The notes: a model not told the origin generated them from the letters alone. A DNA stretch of 64,000 nucleotides from Trueperaceae bacterium (GCA_034521815.1 JAXHLW010000013.1:1851110-1915109); one strand, 5' to 3'; counted from the first letter of the stretch, positions 34,142-44,964 are shown. A program made the numbers and translations.

Positions 34142-35650
34142 TCAGGCGGTCCCCTCGATCGCTCCCACCGGCGCGATCCGCGGCTCGTCGCCCCGGGCCA
34201 GCACGGCCGCGGCCCGCAGCAGCCGCCCGTCCTGGAGCGCCGGGGCAAGGAGCTGCGCCGCCAGGGGAAGGCCGTCTTGGTCACGGCCCGCCGGCACGCT
34301 GATTCCGCCGACGCCGGCCAGGTTCGCCAGGCAGGTGTCCACGTCGCCGAGGTACATCGCCAGGGGGTCGTCCAGGCGCTCGCCCAGGCGGAACGCGGCG
34401 GTCGGAACGGTGGGCGTCAGCAACAGGTCCACCTGCTCGAACGCGGCCTGGAGCTCGTTCGCGACCTTGCGGCGCACCTGGAGCGCGCGTCCGTACCAGG
34501 CGTCCACGTGCCCCGCCGAGAGCGCGAACGTTCCCATCAGCACGCGCCTGCGCACCTCGGTCCCGAACCGCGCTCCGCGGCTGGCGGTCATCACCGCTTC
34601 CTGGCCTTCGGCGTCGTCGCCGACGCGCACCCCGGTGATCATGCCGTCGTAGCGGGCCAGGTTGCTGCTGGCCTCGGCGCTGGCGATCAGGTAGTAGCAG
34701 GCGACGGCCGCCTGCGCGCTGGGCACGTGCACCTCGCTCACCTCGGCCCCGGCGTGCCGAAGCCGCTGGACGGTCTCGTCCAGCGCGCGGGCGACCGCGG
34801 GGTCGTTCCCCGCGCCCGACAGCTCGGGCACGACGCCGACGCGGACGCCGGCGAGCCGGCCGTCGCCGCCCTCGCGGGCGGCCGCCGCGAACGTCGGCGG
34901 CACCTCGACGGTGGTGGCGTCGTTGGCGTCCTTCCCCACCAGCGCGTCCATCACCAGGCCCACGTCGAGCGCGCCTCGCGCCAGCACGCCGACCTGATCC
35001 AGCGAGCTTCCGTACGCGATCACGCCGTGGCGCGACAACGTGCCGTAGGTGGGCTTGAACCCCAGCACGCCGCAGAACGCGGCGGGCTGCCGGACCGAGC
35101 CGCCGGTGTCCGTCCCCAGCGCCAGCGGGACCACCCCGGCGGCCACCGCGACCGCGGGCCCCCCGGACGAGCCGCCCGCCACGCGCGCGTCGTTCCAGGG
35201 GTTGCGGACCGGCCCGTGGGCGGAGCTCTCGCTGCTGCTCCCCATGCCGAACTCGTCCATGTTCCCCATGCCGATCAGGATCGCGCCGGCCGCCTCGAGC
35301 CGCGCGATCACCGTCGCGTCGTAGGGGGGCCGGAAGTCTGCGAGGATCGCGGAGCCGGCCGTCGTCGCCACCCCTTCCACGCACAGGTTGGCCTTGGCGA
35401 CGAACGGGACGCCCGCCAGCGGGGGCAGGGCCGTGCCGGCGGCGCGGGCCGCGTCCAGTCGGTCGGCGGCGGCCCGGGCCCGCTCGGGGAGCAGCTCCGT
35501 GAACGCGTTCGTGGCGGCTTGCACCTGGTCCGCGCGCGCCAGCGCGGCGTCCACGACGTCGCGAGCGCGGACGGTCCCGGCCGCGACCGCCTGGACGATC
35601 TCGTGGGCGCTGACGGTGCCGCTGGCGGCACCTGGATCTTCTGCGGACAT
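34142..35650 (-). CDS. gatA: Asp/Glu-tRNA amidotransferase subunit A
   Basis: NMDEFGMGSS, GGSSGG, GTDTGGSVRQPA, EASSNLARYDG and EVRRRVLMGTFALS. Confidence 0.95.
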   Translation of the reverse strand: MSAEDPGAASGTVSAHEIVQAVAAGTVRARDVVDAALARADQVQAATNAFTELLPERARAAADRLDAARAAGTALPPLAGVPFVAKANLCVEGVATTAGSAILADFRPPYDATVIARLEAAGAILIGMGNMDEFGMGSSSESSAHGPVRNPWNDARVAGGSSGGPAVAVAAGVVPLALGTDTGGSVRQPAAFCGVLGFKPTYGTLSRHGVIAYGSSLDQVGVLARGALDVGLVMDALVGKDANDATTVEVPPTFAAAAREGGDGRLAGVRVGVVPELSGAGNDPAVARALDETVQRLRHAGAEVSEVHVPSAQAAVACYYLIASAEASSNLARYDGMITGVRVGDDAEGQEAVMTASRGARFGTEVRRRVLMGTFALSAGHVDAWYGRALQVRRKVANELQAAFEQVDLLLTPTVPTAAFRLGERLDDPLAMYLGDVDTCLANLAGVGGISVPAGRDQDGLPLAAQLLAPALQDGRLLRAAAVLARGDEPRIAPVGAIEGTA

Positions 35651-35757
35651 GGGCGCGAGCATAGCACCGCGCCGGAGGGCGTTTTCGGTCCCGCTGGCGG
35701 CGCGAACGTACGTTGTTTCATGCTCCGGAACGGTGCCAGCGCGTAGCCTGGTCGTTC

Positions 35758-36738
35758 ATGGCACGCCGTGGCTCGGCCGAGCTTTCCGCCCGCCGTGTCC
35801 GGGCGGCCGGTGCGAGTCGTTCCGGTCGCGTCCGGACGGTGAATCAGGACGCGTTCTTCGCAGGCGAGGTCGGCGGTCGTCCGCTGCTGCTCGTCGCCGA
35901 CGGCATGGGTGGGCACCGCACCGGCGAGGTCGCCAGCGCCCGCTCCGCCGAGGCGATCCAGCGCGAGCTCGCCGCCTCGCGCGCGCATCCCCCCGCGGCG
36001 CTGGCGCGTGCCCTGCAGACGGCGAACGCCGAGGTGCTCGAGGAGGCTCGCGCCAATCCGCGCCACCGTGGCATGGGCACGACCCTCACGACGATCCTGA
36101 TCGACGATTGGGTGGCGTTGATCGCGCACGTGGGCGACTCGCGCGCGTACCTGTTGCGAGACGGCGAGCTGAGGGCGCTGACGGAGGATCACAGCTGGGT
36201 GGCCGAGCGCGTGAAGCAAGGCCTGCTCACGCAGGACGAGGCGCGCAGGCACCGCTGGCGCAACGTGATCACCAACGCGCTGGGGGCGACCGACGCCTTC
36301 CGCTTGGATCTGGCGCACGTCACGTTGAGAGCGGGCGACCGCCTCTTGGTCGCCAGCGACGGCGTCACATCGCTTCTTCCCGAGACGATCGTGCAGGACG
36401 TCCTGTTCAGCGGAGAGCCCGAGGAGGTGGCGAGGCGCCTGCTGGACCTCGCCGACGACCGCGGCAGCCCGGACAACGTCACCGCGGTCGTGGCCGTGGT
36501 GGACCACGTGTCGGATACGCCCAAGCCGTACGAGCTCCCTCCGGAGCTGCCCGCCGAGCCCACCTGGCACGTCGAGATGCGGCAGACCATGGGCGGCGTT
36601 CGCGAGGTCGAGGACCGCTATCCGGGCCGGGGTCCGATGCGCTGGATCCGGAAGCAGTCGTGGTACCCGTTCCGGCTGTGGATCCTCGGCTCGGCGTACT
36701 TGGCCTTCCTGCTGGTCCTGTTCGTCCTGCTGCGCTAA
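35758..36738 (+). CDS. PP2C/PPM-family Ser/Thr phosphatase (Stp1/PrpC-like) with C-terminal TM
   Basis: GRVRTVNQD, VADGMGGH, GMGTT, HVGDSRAY, SDG and DNVT motifs. Confidence 0.92.
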   Translation: MARRGSAELSARRVRAAGASRSGRVRTVNQDAFFAGEVGGRPLLLVADGMGGHRTGEVASARSAEAIQRELAASRAHPPAALARALQTANAEVLEEARANPRHRGMGTTLTTILIDDWVALIAHVGDSRAYLLRDGELRALTEDHSWVAERVKQGLLTQDEARRHRWRNVITNALGATDAFRLDLAHVTLRAGDRLLVASDGVTSLLPETIVQDVLFSGEPEEVARRLLDLADDRGSPDNVTAVVAVVDHVSDTPKPYELPPELPAEPTWHVEMRQTMGGVREVEDRYPGRGPMRWIRKQSWYPFRLWILGSAYLAFLLVLFVLLR

Positions 36739-36767
36739 CGCGGAGAGATGCCTGCTACGATCGCAGC

Positions 36768-37151
36768 ATGACCGAGCGAACCCCGATCCACACAGACGCC
36801 GCGCCTGCGGCGGTGGGCCCGTACAGCCAAGCGATCCGTGCCGGCGACCTGCTGTTCACCGCCGGGCAGATCCCGCTCACGCCCCAGGGCGAGAAGATCG
36901 AGGGCGACGTCGAGGCGCAGACGCGCCAGGTGCTCGACAACCTCCGCGCCGTGCTGAAGGCGGGCGGGTCGGACCCGTCGCGGGTGGTCAAGTGCACCGT
37001 GTTCCTTCGCGACATGGACGACTTCGCGCGGGTGAACGCCGTGTACGGCGAGGTGTTCGCGGACGCGCCGCCGGCCCGGAGCGCGGTCCAGGTCGCGCGC
37101 CTCCCGTTCGACGTCGCGGTCGAGATCGAGGCGATCGCGCTCTGCGACTGA
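36768..37151 (+). CDS. ridA: RidA family reactive enamine/imine deaminase
   Basis: GPYSQA, TAGQIP, PARSAVQVARLP and VEIEAIA. Confidence 0.92.
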   Translation: MTERTPIHTDAAPAAVGPYSQAIRAGDLLFTAGQIPLTPQGEKIEGDVEAQTRQVLDNLRAVLKAGGSDPSRVVKCTVFLRDMDDFARVNAVYGEVFADAPPARSAVQVARLPFDVAVEIEAIALCD

Positions 37152-37176
37152 GCGCGCCGTCGGGCCGGCACGATCG

Positions 37177-38106
37177 TCAGGCCGGCACGAACAGCGTGAC
37201 GACGTAGGCCAGGTAGCCCGCCAGCAGCGCGACCCCCGCGATGCGACCCAGCCGGCCCGTGATCACCATGACCGGCAGGATCGCCAGCGCGAACACGCCC
37301 GCCACCACCAGGTCGGTGCCGATCTCGGCCAGGCTGACGGGGATCACCGTCGCGCCCGCGGCGGTTCCGAGCACCGCCAGGACGTTGAAGATGTTCGAGC
37401 CCGCGATGTTGCCCAGGATCATGTCGGCCTGCCGCCTGGCTGCCGCGGCGACGCTGCTGGCCAGCTCGGGAAGGCTCGTTCCGAACGCCACCATCGTGAG
37501 GCCGATCACGCGCTCCGGGACGCCCAGGACGCCGGCGATCTGGACCGCGCCGCGGACGACGGCGTCCGCGCCCAGCACCAGGAACCCGACGCCCAGCACG
37601 ACCCCGCCGACGCTCCGCCACAGCGGCGAGGCGGCCGCGTCGCCCGGGACCTCGTCGGCCACCGCGTTGCGGTCGTGGCGAATCAGCAGCGCCAAATAGA
37701 TGCCCAGCGCCGTGAGGAGCAGCAGCCCGTCGACGCGGCCCAGCCGACCGTCCAGCATGAGCGGCACCAGCAGGGCGAGCGCCAGCAGCGAGACGGGCAC
37801 GTCGCGACGCACGAACGCCGCGTTGTAGCCGATCGGAGCGAGGATCGCGGCCGCCCCGAGAATCAGGCCGATGTTGGCGATGTTGGAGCCGATCACGTTG
37901 CCGACCCCGAGGTCGGGAACGCCCTGGAGGCTGGACGCGAGGGTCGCGGCCAGCTCGGGCGCACTGGTGCCGAACGCGACGACGGTGAGGCCGATGGCCA
38001 GCGGGCTGATGCCCAAGCGGGCCGCCAGGGACGACGCGCTGCGGACCAGCACGTCTCCGCCTAGGACCAGCAGCACGAAGCCGACGAGAAGCAGGACGAT
38101 GCTCAC
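37177..38106 (-). CDS. Ca2+/Na+ antiporter (CaCA, YrbG-like)
   Basis: Two alpha repeats, GTSAPE...GSNIANI and GTSLPE...GSNIFN. Confidence 0.92.
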   Translation of the reverse strand: MSIVLLLVGFVLLVLGGDVLVRSASSLAARLGISPLAIGLTVVAFGTSAPELAATLASSLQGVPDLGVGNVIGSNIANIGLILGAAAILAPIGYNAAFVRRDVPVSLLALALLVPLMLDGRLGRVDGLLLLTALGIYLALLIRHDRNAVADEVPGDAAASPLWRSVGGVVLGVGFLVLGADAVVRGAVQIAGVLGVPERVIGLTMVAFGTSLPELASSVAAAARRQADMILGNIAGSNIFNVLAVLGTAAGATVIPVSLAEIGTDLVVAGVFALAILPVMVITGRLGRIAGVALLAGYLAYVVTLFVPA

Positions 38107-38229
38107 CGGCGCAGGGTAGCACCGCCGCCCGGGCGGCTCGGCCCCTGCCGACGTCGGGTAGAACGTTGCGATTCTGGGCCTACCCTGGGATCATGCAGAT
38201 GTGACGTATTCGACGAACGGCGCGCGCCC

Positions 38230-39003
38230 ATGAAGAATCGGACGATCGACCTCGCCCTGATCGTGGGACTGGTGCTGGTCGCCGGCGCGATCGTGTGGAC
38301 GTTGTTTTCGCTGGGGGGGACGCCCGGAGGCCCGATACCGGGCGCGGGCCCGACCGCGAGCGACGGCGCGCCCGTTGGCGACGGGGGTGGAGGCGCGAGC
38401 GGTCCCGGCGTCGTCCCCGTCGATCCGAACGACGGCCGGGCGTCAGGCGACGCCGGGCCGGACGGGGGCGCGTCGACCGGGAACGTCGCACCGCTGGCTC
38501 CAGGCGATTCGCCCGCCGGCGACGACGCCGATTCGAGCGACGCAGCGACCGCCAGCGTCGATGGAGCGGCTTCGGCGACGGACGTGGACGGAGGCTCCAC
38601 GGGCGACGGGCCGGACGCGCAGGATCAGGACGGACAGGCACAGGACGAGCAGGAGCAGGACGTTCAGGTGCCGGCGGCGCAAGCGCCTCCCGTCCCGGAC
38701 AGCGGTCCCGTGGACCTGGGGCGCATCGGGTTCAGCTTCGTGACGGGCGGGGCGGGCGCGTGCGGCATCGTGCTGGAGCCGTGGACGCACGTGGCCGTGA
38801 GTCGCGAGCTGCTCGAGGCCTACGGCTGCGGCGCCGAGGTGACGGTCACCCTGGAGGACCCGACCGACGGGCGGACCGAGGTCGCGGCGATCGTCGCCGA
38901 CACCATGAACCCGTCGTTCTCGCGGACCGTGAACATGTACGTGGGTCAGGACGAGCCGGCGCTGGCGTACGGACTGACGGCAGGCACGATCACGCCGCGC
39001 TGA
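38230..39003 (+). CDS. Membrane-anchored protein with disordered linker and C-terminal double-psi beta-barrel (RlpA/expansin-like) domain
   Basis: N-terminal TM segment, G/D/P-rich linker, then GACG...VAVS...CGAEVTVT...AIVADT. Confidence 0.7.
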   Translation: MKNRTIDLALIVGLVLVAGAIVWTLFSLGGTPGGPIPGAGPTASDGAPVGDGGGGASGPGVVPVDPNDGRASGDAGPDGGASTGNVAPLAPGDSPAGDDADSSDAATASVDGAASATDVDGGSTGDGPDAQDQDGQAQDEQEQDVQVPAAQAPPVPDSGPVDLGRIGFSFVTGGAGACGIVLEPWTHVAVSRELLEAYGCGAEVTVTLEDPTDGRTEVAAIVADTMNPSFSRTVNMYVGQDEPALAYGLTAGTITPR

Positions 39004-39244
39004 GGGCCCGTCGCCCCGGCGGCGCGAAGGTGCGGCGGTACCTCGGGAACGGCTCGTTGGCAAGGGGCGACGACAGGACGTCGGCGCGCCGGCCGGGCGA
39101 TCTCGAAAGCATGGCGGCGGACCGATTCGGTCCGCCGCCATCTGCGTGGCTCTGCCCAGGCGCTCGGGTGCGCGCGTGCAGGTGTGCAGTTCGCGCTCAG
39201 GCTCGTGCGACACGCTCGCAGGCCCGGCGCCGGTGCGCGCTCGC

Positions 39245-39952
39245 TCAGGCGCGACGCCAGAGCAGCTCGCGCTTGACCTCCTCGATCGCCCGCGTGACGG
39301 GGATGTCGCGGGGGCACGCCTCGGTGCAGTTGTAGGCGGTGCGGCAGCGCCACAGGCCGTTCGCCTGGTTCAGGACCTGCATCCGGTCCTCGGTGCCCTG
39401 ATCGCGCGAGTCGAAGATGAAGCGGTGCGCGTTCACGATCGCGGCGGGACCCAGGTAGCGGTCGTTCGTCCAGAACACCGGGCACGAGGTGGTGCAGGCG
39501 GCGCACAGGATGCACTTCGTGGTGTCGTCGAAGATCTCGCGGTCCTCGGGACTCTGCAGCCGCTCGCGGGGCGGGTCGGGATCGTCGTTCACGAAGAACG
39601 GCAGCACCGCCTTGTACGAGTCGAAGAACGGCTCCATGTCGACGATCAGGTCGCGCAGCACCTCGAGCCCGCGGATCGGCTCGATCGAGACGACCTCGCC
39701 CACGTCGCGGACCAGCAGCTTGCACGCCAGCCGGTTCACGCCGTTGATCAGCATCGCGTCGCTCCCGCAGATGCCGTGCGCGCAGCTGCGGCGGTAGGTG
39801 AGCGTGCCGTCGATCTCCCACTTGATGTGGTTCAGCACGTCCAGGACGCGATCGGTGGGGCGCACGTCGACGCGGTACTCGGCCCAGTACGGACGCTTGT
39901 CCGCCTCGGGGTCGAACCGTTTGATCTTGACGTTGATCCGCATGGTGTCCAT
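39245..39952 (-). CDS. sdhB: Succinate dehydrogenase iron-sulfur subunit
   Basis: SCAHGICGSD, CILCAACTTSCP and CRTAYNCTEACP. Confidence 0.96.
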   Translation of the reverse strand: MDTMRINVKIKRFDPEADKRPYWAEYRVDVRPTDRVLDVLNHIKWEIDGTLTYRRSCAHGICGSDAMLINGVNRLACKLLVRDVGEVVSIEPIRGLEVLRDLIVDMEPFFDSYKAVLPFFVNDDPDPPRERLQSPEDREIFDDTTKCILCAACTTSCPVFWTNDRYLGPAAIVNAHRFIFDSRDQGTEDRMQVLNQANGLWRCRTAYNCTEACPRDIPVTRAIEEVKRELLWRRA

Positions 39953-39973
39953 GGTTTCCAAGCCTCCCGGCCC

Positions 39974-41713
39974 TCAGTAGACGCGCGGCTTGGGCTCGTA
40001 CTTGCCCAGCGTGACCGGCTTGTAGTCGATGCGGACGCCGTCGCCATCCTTGTAGACGAGCGTGTGCTTGAGCCACTGCTCGTCGTCGCGATCGCGATAG
40101 TCCTCGCGCGAGTGGGCGCCGCGCGACTCCTTGCGGTTGCGCGCGCCGTGGACGAGCTGCTCGGCGTTGTCGAGAAGGTAGCCCAGCTCGACCGCCTCCA
40201 TCAGCTCGGTGTTGAACTGCTTGCCCGTGTCCTCGACCGAGACGTCCCGGAAGCGCTGCTTCAGCTCGTCCAGGATCTCGACCTGCTTCGAGAGGGTCTC
40301 CTCGGTCCGGAACACCGAGGCGTTGTCCATCATCGTCTCCTGCAGGTCCTTGCGGACGTGCGAGGCACGCTCCTTGCCGGAGGCCGCCCGGATCCGGTCC
40401 AGCTCGTCGCGGGCACGCTCGTCGGCGCCGGCAGGCATGTCCGGGTAGTCGGACTTGGACGCGAACTTGGCCGCCTCGATCCCAGCGCGGCGGCCGAACA
40501 CGATCAGGTCGCCCAGGCTGTTCGTGCCCAGACGGTTCGCGCCGTGCAGGCTGACGCAGGCGACCTCTCCAGCTGCGTAGAGGCCGGGGACGACGGTGTC
40601 GTCACCGTCGATGATCACTTCGGTCTCGTTCGTGGTGGGCACGCCGCCCATCGCGTAGTGCGCGGTCGGCTGCACCGGGACGGGCTCCTTGATCGGGTCC
40701 ACGCCCAGGTAGATGCGCGCGAACTCGGTGATGTCCGGCAGGCGCTCCTCGATGATCTCGGCGTCGATGTGGGTCAGGTCGAGGTGGATGTAGTCCTTGT
40801 CCGGCCCCACGCCGCGACCCTCGCTGATCTCGAGGTACATCGCGCGGCTGACCATGTCGCGGGGCGCGAGGTCCTTGATCGACGGCGCGTAGCGCTCCAT
40901 GAACCGCTCGCCCTCGGCGTTGCGGAGGATGGCGCCTTCGCCGCGGGCGCCCTCGGTCAGCAGCACGCCGATCTTGTACAGCCCGGTGGGGTGGAACTGG
41001 TAGAACTCCGGGTCCTCCATCGGGATGCCGCGGCGGTAGAGGACGCTCATCAGGTCGCCCGTCAGCGCGTGCGCGTTGGAGGTGACCTTGAACATCCGTC
41101 CGTTGCCGCCGGTCGCGATGATCGTGGCCTTGGCGTGGAACACGTGCAGCTCGCCGGTCGCGAGCTCGTAGGCGACCACGCCGCGCGCGCTGCCGTCCTC
41201 GATGATCACGTCCAGGACGTGGAACTCGTTGAAGAAGGTGACGTCGTTCTTGATCGACTGCTGATACAGCGTCTGCAGGATCATGTGGCCGGTGCGGTCG
41301 GCAGCGTAGCAAGCCCGCTCGACCGCGCTCTTGCCGAACTCGCGGGTGTGACCGCCGAACTTGCGTTGCGCGATCCGGCCTTCGGGCGTGCGGCTGAACG
41401 GAAGGCCCATGTGCTCGAGCTCGTACACCGCGTCGACCACATCCCTCGCGAACGACTGGGCGACGTCCTGATCGGTCAGGTAGTCGCCGCCCTTGATGGT
41501 GTCGAACGCGTGCCACTCGGGGTGGTCTTCGCTGACGTTGCCGAGGGCGGCCCCGACGCCGCCCTGCGCCGCGCCGGTGTGGGAGCGGGTCGGATAGAGC
41601 TTGCTGATCACCGCGACCGAAACGCCGGGGTTCTGCGCGGCGTAGCGCGCCGCCATCAGACCGGCGCCTCCGGCGCCGACCACGATCACGTCGTATTTGT
41701 GGGCTCGTACCAC
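39974..41713 (-). CDS. sdhA: Succinate dehydrogenase flavoprotein subunit
   Basis: [22 protein letters not shown] and [11 protein letters not shown]. Confidence 0.97.
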   Translation of the reverse strand: MVRAHKYDVIVVGAGGAGLMAARYAAQNPGVSVAVISKLYPTRSHTGAAQGGVGAALGNVSEDHPEWHAFDTIKGGDYLTDQDVAQSFARDVVDAVYELEHMGLPFSRTPEGRIAQRKFGGHTREFGKSAVERACYAADRTGHMILQTLYQQSIKNDVTFFNEFHVLDVIIEDGSARGVVAYELATGELHVFHAKATIIATGGNGRMFKVTSNAHALTGDLMSVLYRRGIPMEDPEFYQFHPTGLYKIGVLLTEGARGEGAILRNAEGERFMERYAPSIKDLAPRDMVSRAMYLEISEGRGVGPDKDYIHLDLTHIDAEIIEERLPDITEFARIYLGVDPIKEPVPVQPTAHYAMGGVPTTNETEVIIDGDDTVVPGLYAAGEVACVSLHGANRLGTNSLGDLIVFGRRAGIEAAKFASKSDYPDMPAGADERARDELDRIRAASGKERASHVRKDLQETMMDNASVFRTEETLSKQVEILDELKQRFRDVSVEDTGKQFNTELMEAVELGYLLDNAEQLVHGARNRKESRGAHSREDYRDRDDEQWLKHTLVYKDGDGVRIDYKPVTLGKYEPKPRVY

Positions 41714-41732
41714 CTAGGGTGCCTCCGCTTCC

Positions 41733-42152
41733 TTATTGGAGCGCGCGCACGGCGGCGCCCATCTCGTCGTAGCTGAACGCCCACAACGCCATCGTGCCCA
41801 GCACGAAGACGATGCCGGCGACGGTGAACAGGATCGTCTTGGTCCAGAAGCGACGTCCGGGCTTCCGGACGTAGTCCTCGACCGAGTAGCGCAGCCCGTT
41901 CACGCCGTGCATCATGGCGAGCGCCAGCAGGAACGTGTCGTAGATCTTCACCCACGGCTTGCTGAGCCGCTCGGCGACGTAGGCGTAGTCGATCGTGGCG
42001 GCGTCGATCTGGATGTTGTTGAAGAACAGGTGTCCGAAGACGAGGAACACCAGCAGCATGCCGGAGATCCGCATGAACACCCACCAGGCGAGCTCGGTGT
42101 TGGTGGCGTAGATGGCGCGGGCCTGCTTGAGCGTGCGGGGCGCGGTGGTCAT
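41733..42152 (-). CDS. sdhD: Succinate dehydrogenase hydrophobic anchor subunit
   Basis: WVFMRISG...HL...HGVNGLR...EDY, in operon context. Confidence 0.92.
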   Translation of the reverse strand: MTTAPRTLKQARAIYATNTELAWWVFMRISGMLLVFLVFGHLFFNNIQIDAATIDYAYVAERLSKPWVKIYDTFLLALAMMHGVNGLRYSVEDYVRKPGRRFWTKTILFTVAGIVFVLGTMALWAFSYDEMGAAVRALQ

Positions 42153-42153
42153 C

Positions 42154-42513
42154 TCAGGCCCCCCCGATGATCTCGGGAACGATCTTGATCAACACCGGCA
42201 CGCCGACGATGGCGGTGGCGCCGATCACGCCGTACCAGAGCTGCCGCTGGAAGCGGACGCCCCAGCCGGTGAAGTCCATGACGATGATGCGAAGCCCGTT
42301 GAACGCGTGGTAGACGACGCCGGCGATCACCATGATCAAGCCGATGCGGAACGGCCACTGGTGATAGAACGTCAGGAAGGCGTTGAACGGGCCCTCGGGC
42401 CCGTACATCACCAAGCTGATGTCGATCACGTGCAGCAGCAGGTATAGAGCCAACGCGACACCGGTCAGGCGATGCAGCACGAAGGCCCACTGACCCTCTC
42501 GACCTCGGTACAT
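42154..42513 (-). CDS. sdhC: Succinate dehydrogenase cytochrome b556 subunit
   Basis: MYRGREGQWAFVLHRLTG...HAFNGLRI. Confidence 0.93.
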   Translation of the reverse strand: MYRGREGQWAFVLHRLTGVALALYLLLHVIDISLVMYGPEGPFNAFLTFYHQWPFRIGLIMVIAGVVYHAFNGLRIIVMDFTGWGVRFQRQLWYGVIGATAIVGVPVLIKIVPEIIGGA

Positions 42514-42736
42514 ACGGGCGACCTCCTCGTCGGGCGGGCGGCGAGCCGCCCCCGGAACCGATCTGACTGGAGGAAGATTATCACGGCCTGCACGCGGGAT
42601 TTCGTGAGTATCCCTAGTATTCCGGACACCGGCGGCCCCGGCGGAACGGACATCTCCCGGAAACGTGCCGACGTCGAGTGCCGGACCAGTGCCGGACGAC
42701 ACTCTCGCGGACGCCTCGCGCGGCTAGGGTGCCGGC

Positions 42737-44179
42737 GTGATGCGAGCGGTCGACCATTCCTGTCGAGCGGCGCCGGGACGGACCGGCGTCGGCGGCGGTG
42801 GGCGGTGCAGCGTCAGCGGCGGTGGGCGGTCCGGCGTCGGCGGCCGTTGGCGGGCCTGCCTGCCGGGTGCCGTCCTGGCCCGCGCGCTCTCCGCCGCGCT
42901 GATCGCGACGCTCGTGACCGTGCTCGGCACGGGCGTCGCGATCGCGCAGCAGACGGCCCTGGCGACGGTCCGGACGACGCTCGTGACCACGCTCGACGCC
43001 CCGGCCGTCGCGCTGGCGCCGTACCTCGCTGGCGTCGCCGCGCTGGGCAGCGATGGACGACTGACCCACGCGACGAACGAGGGCGTCGCGCGTCGCCTGC
43101 GGCGCGGGCTGACCAGCGAGGTTCTGGTCGCCTGCGAGGGCAAGCTCCTGGCCGTCGACGGGAGCGGGCGCCTGATCGAGGTCGGCAGCGGCGCGGTCGG
43201 GCCGCCCGTGTCGCTCCACGCCACGCCGCTTTGTCTTCCGGACGGACGCGTGCTGGCCCTCGATCCGACCGCGCAGCGCGTGATGCTGCTGGACGCTTCG
43301 CTGGGGCGCGCGGCGCTCGCGCCGCTGGACGCGCTGCCGGACGCCGAGCCGATCGGCGTCGTCGACGACGGCCCCGTGGGCGGCAGCGCGGGAGGCCCCT
43401 TCGTGGCGATCCTCGTCCACCCCAGCCTGGACTACCGCCACGGCGTGCTGGGCGACGAGGTCGAGGCCGAGGGCGTCGCCGTCTTGGACGCGGCCACGCT
43501 CGAGGTCGTGGCGCGCTGGAGCGTCCCGGGACGCCGGGTGATCGAGCAGCGCCGTCTCGCCTCGTTCCCGGCGGCGGGGCGCTGGGGGATGGTCGCGACG
43601 GTGTCGGGCGGAGGCGACGGCGGCGCGCTGGTCGTGCTCGCGCGGGGCGACGACCCGGCCGAGCTGGCCGTCGTCGCCAGCGGGCCGGGGATCGGAACGG
43701 AGCACCGCTGGCGTCACGTGCTGGGCGCGTCGGGACGCCGGCTGTACACGCTGGCGACGCCGCACATCGGGGGACCGCTGGAACGGTGGACGCTGCCGGC
43801 GTCGATCGTCGGCAGCGCACCGACCCGGCTGCGCCGCGAGGCGTTCCCCCTGGGCGTGACCAGCCACCGGATCGGCCAGCGCGAGCTGGACCTGGGCCGC
43901 CTGGTTCCGCGCGACGCCAGCGATCCCGTCGCGGTGGATCTGCTGGCGATGCCGACCCGCGACCTCCGGACGCTGCGCCTGATCGCCTGCGACCAGGCCG
44001 GCTGCCGCGTCTCGGCCGACGCCGAGCTTCCCGGCGCGATGGCGGCGGCACCGTGGCTGGACCGCGACGCCGCCGGCAACGTGCGGGCGTGGGTCGCGAC
44101 GGACGACGGGTCGCTGCTGCTGGTCGCCTTCTCGCGCGATCCGTTCCCGGGCGACGGAATCCCGAGCGAAGCGGAATAG
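42737..44179 (+). CDS. Secreted beta-rich hypothetical protein (start probably downstream of 42737)
   Basis: Signal-like segment ending VAIA-QQ, then YRHGVLGDEVEA, IGTEHRW and TPHIGG; propeller-like composition. Confidence 0.65.
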   Translation: MMRAVDHSCRAAPGRTGVGGGGRCSVSGGGRSGVGGRWRACLPGAVLARALSAALIATLVTVLGTGVAIAQQTALATVRTTLVTTLDAPAVALAPYLAGVAALGSDGRLTHATNEGVARRLRRGLTSEVLVACEGKLLAVDGSGRLIEVGSGAVGPPVSLHATPLCLPDGRVLALDPTAQRVMLLDASLGRAALAPLDALPDAEPIGVVDDGPVGGSAGGPFVAILVHPSLDYRHGVLGDEVEAEGVAVLDAATLEVVARWSVPGRRVIEQRRLASFPAAGRWGMVATVSGGGDGGALVVLARGDDPAELAVVASGPGIGTEHRWRHVLGASGRRLYTLATPHIGGPLERWTLPASIVGSAPTRLRREAFPLGVTSHRIGQRELDLGRLVPRDASDPVAVDLLAMPTRDLRTLRLIACDQAGCRVSADAELPGAMAAAPWLDRDAAGNVRAWVATDDGSLLLVAFSRDPFPGDGIPSEAE

Positions 44180-44190
44180 GATGTAGGGCG

Positions 44191-44964
44191 ATGCTATTGG
44201 CCTTCGATCTGGACAACACGGTGGTCACGCGCGATCACCTGCTTCCGCCCGAGATCGCGCGCGCCATCGGCGCAGCGCGAGACGCGGGCCACCTGGTGAC
44301 GATCCTGACGGGACGCCCGCACAGCTCCGCACGCCCGTTCGTCGAGCAGCTCGGCGTGGCGCCCGGTCCGTACAGCGTGAACCACGGGGCGCTGGTCTTC
44401 GGTCCAGGCGGCGTCGTGATCAAGCACCGACGGATGTCCGGCGACCATGTGCGGGCGATCCTCTCGCCTCCTCTGCTCCCGGCCGGCGTCCCGTACGCCT
44501 GCATCGACGGCGACGCCTTGCTGGTCGACGATCCGGCGGACGAGCGCTGGGCGTGGGCGCACACCGCGAACCGCACCGTGGACCGCATCGACCTGGCCGC
44601 CGTGCTCGAGGCGGACAAGATCGTGTTCGGCAGCAACGGCGAGTCGGCCGAGCTCGAGGCCCGCCTGCTCGCGCAGCTGGCCGTGACGACGTACCTGTGG
44701 GGCGACGGCTACTTGGAGATCACGGCCGACGACGCCGACAAGGGCGCTGCGCTGGCGCTGATCGCGCGCACGCTGGGCGTCGAACGCGAGGACACCGTGG
44801 CGTTCGGCGACGGCACGAACGACGTATCGATGCTGACCTGGGCGGGGCACGCCGTGTCGGTCGGACCGTACGCCACCCCCGAGGTTCGGGCCGCCGCGAA
44901 CGAGCACGTCGACGCGCCCGAACAGCTGGGCGTCGCCGCCTGGCTCGACGGCCTGCTGGGCTGA
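44191..44964 (+). CDS. Cof-type HAD-IIB hydrolase
   Basis: AFDLDNT, LTGR, DKGAAL and FGDGTNDVSML. Confidence 0.92.
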   Translation: MLLAFDLDNTVVTRDHLLPPEIARAIGAARDAGHLVTILTGRPHSSARPFVEQLGVAPGPYSVNHGALVFGPGGVVIKHRRMSGDHVRAILSPPLLPAGVPYACIDGDALLVDDPADERWAWAHTANRTVDRIDLAAVLEADKIVFGSNGESAELEARLLAQLAVTTYLWGDGYLEITADDADKGAALALIARTLGVEREDTVAFGDGTNDVSMLTWAGHAVSVGPYATPEVRAAANEHVDAPEQLGVAAWLDGLLG

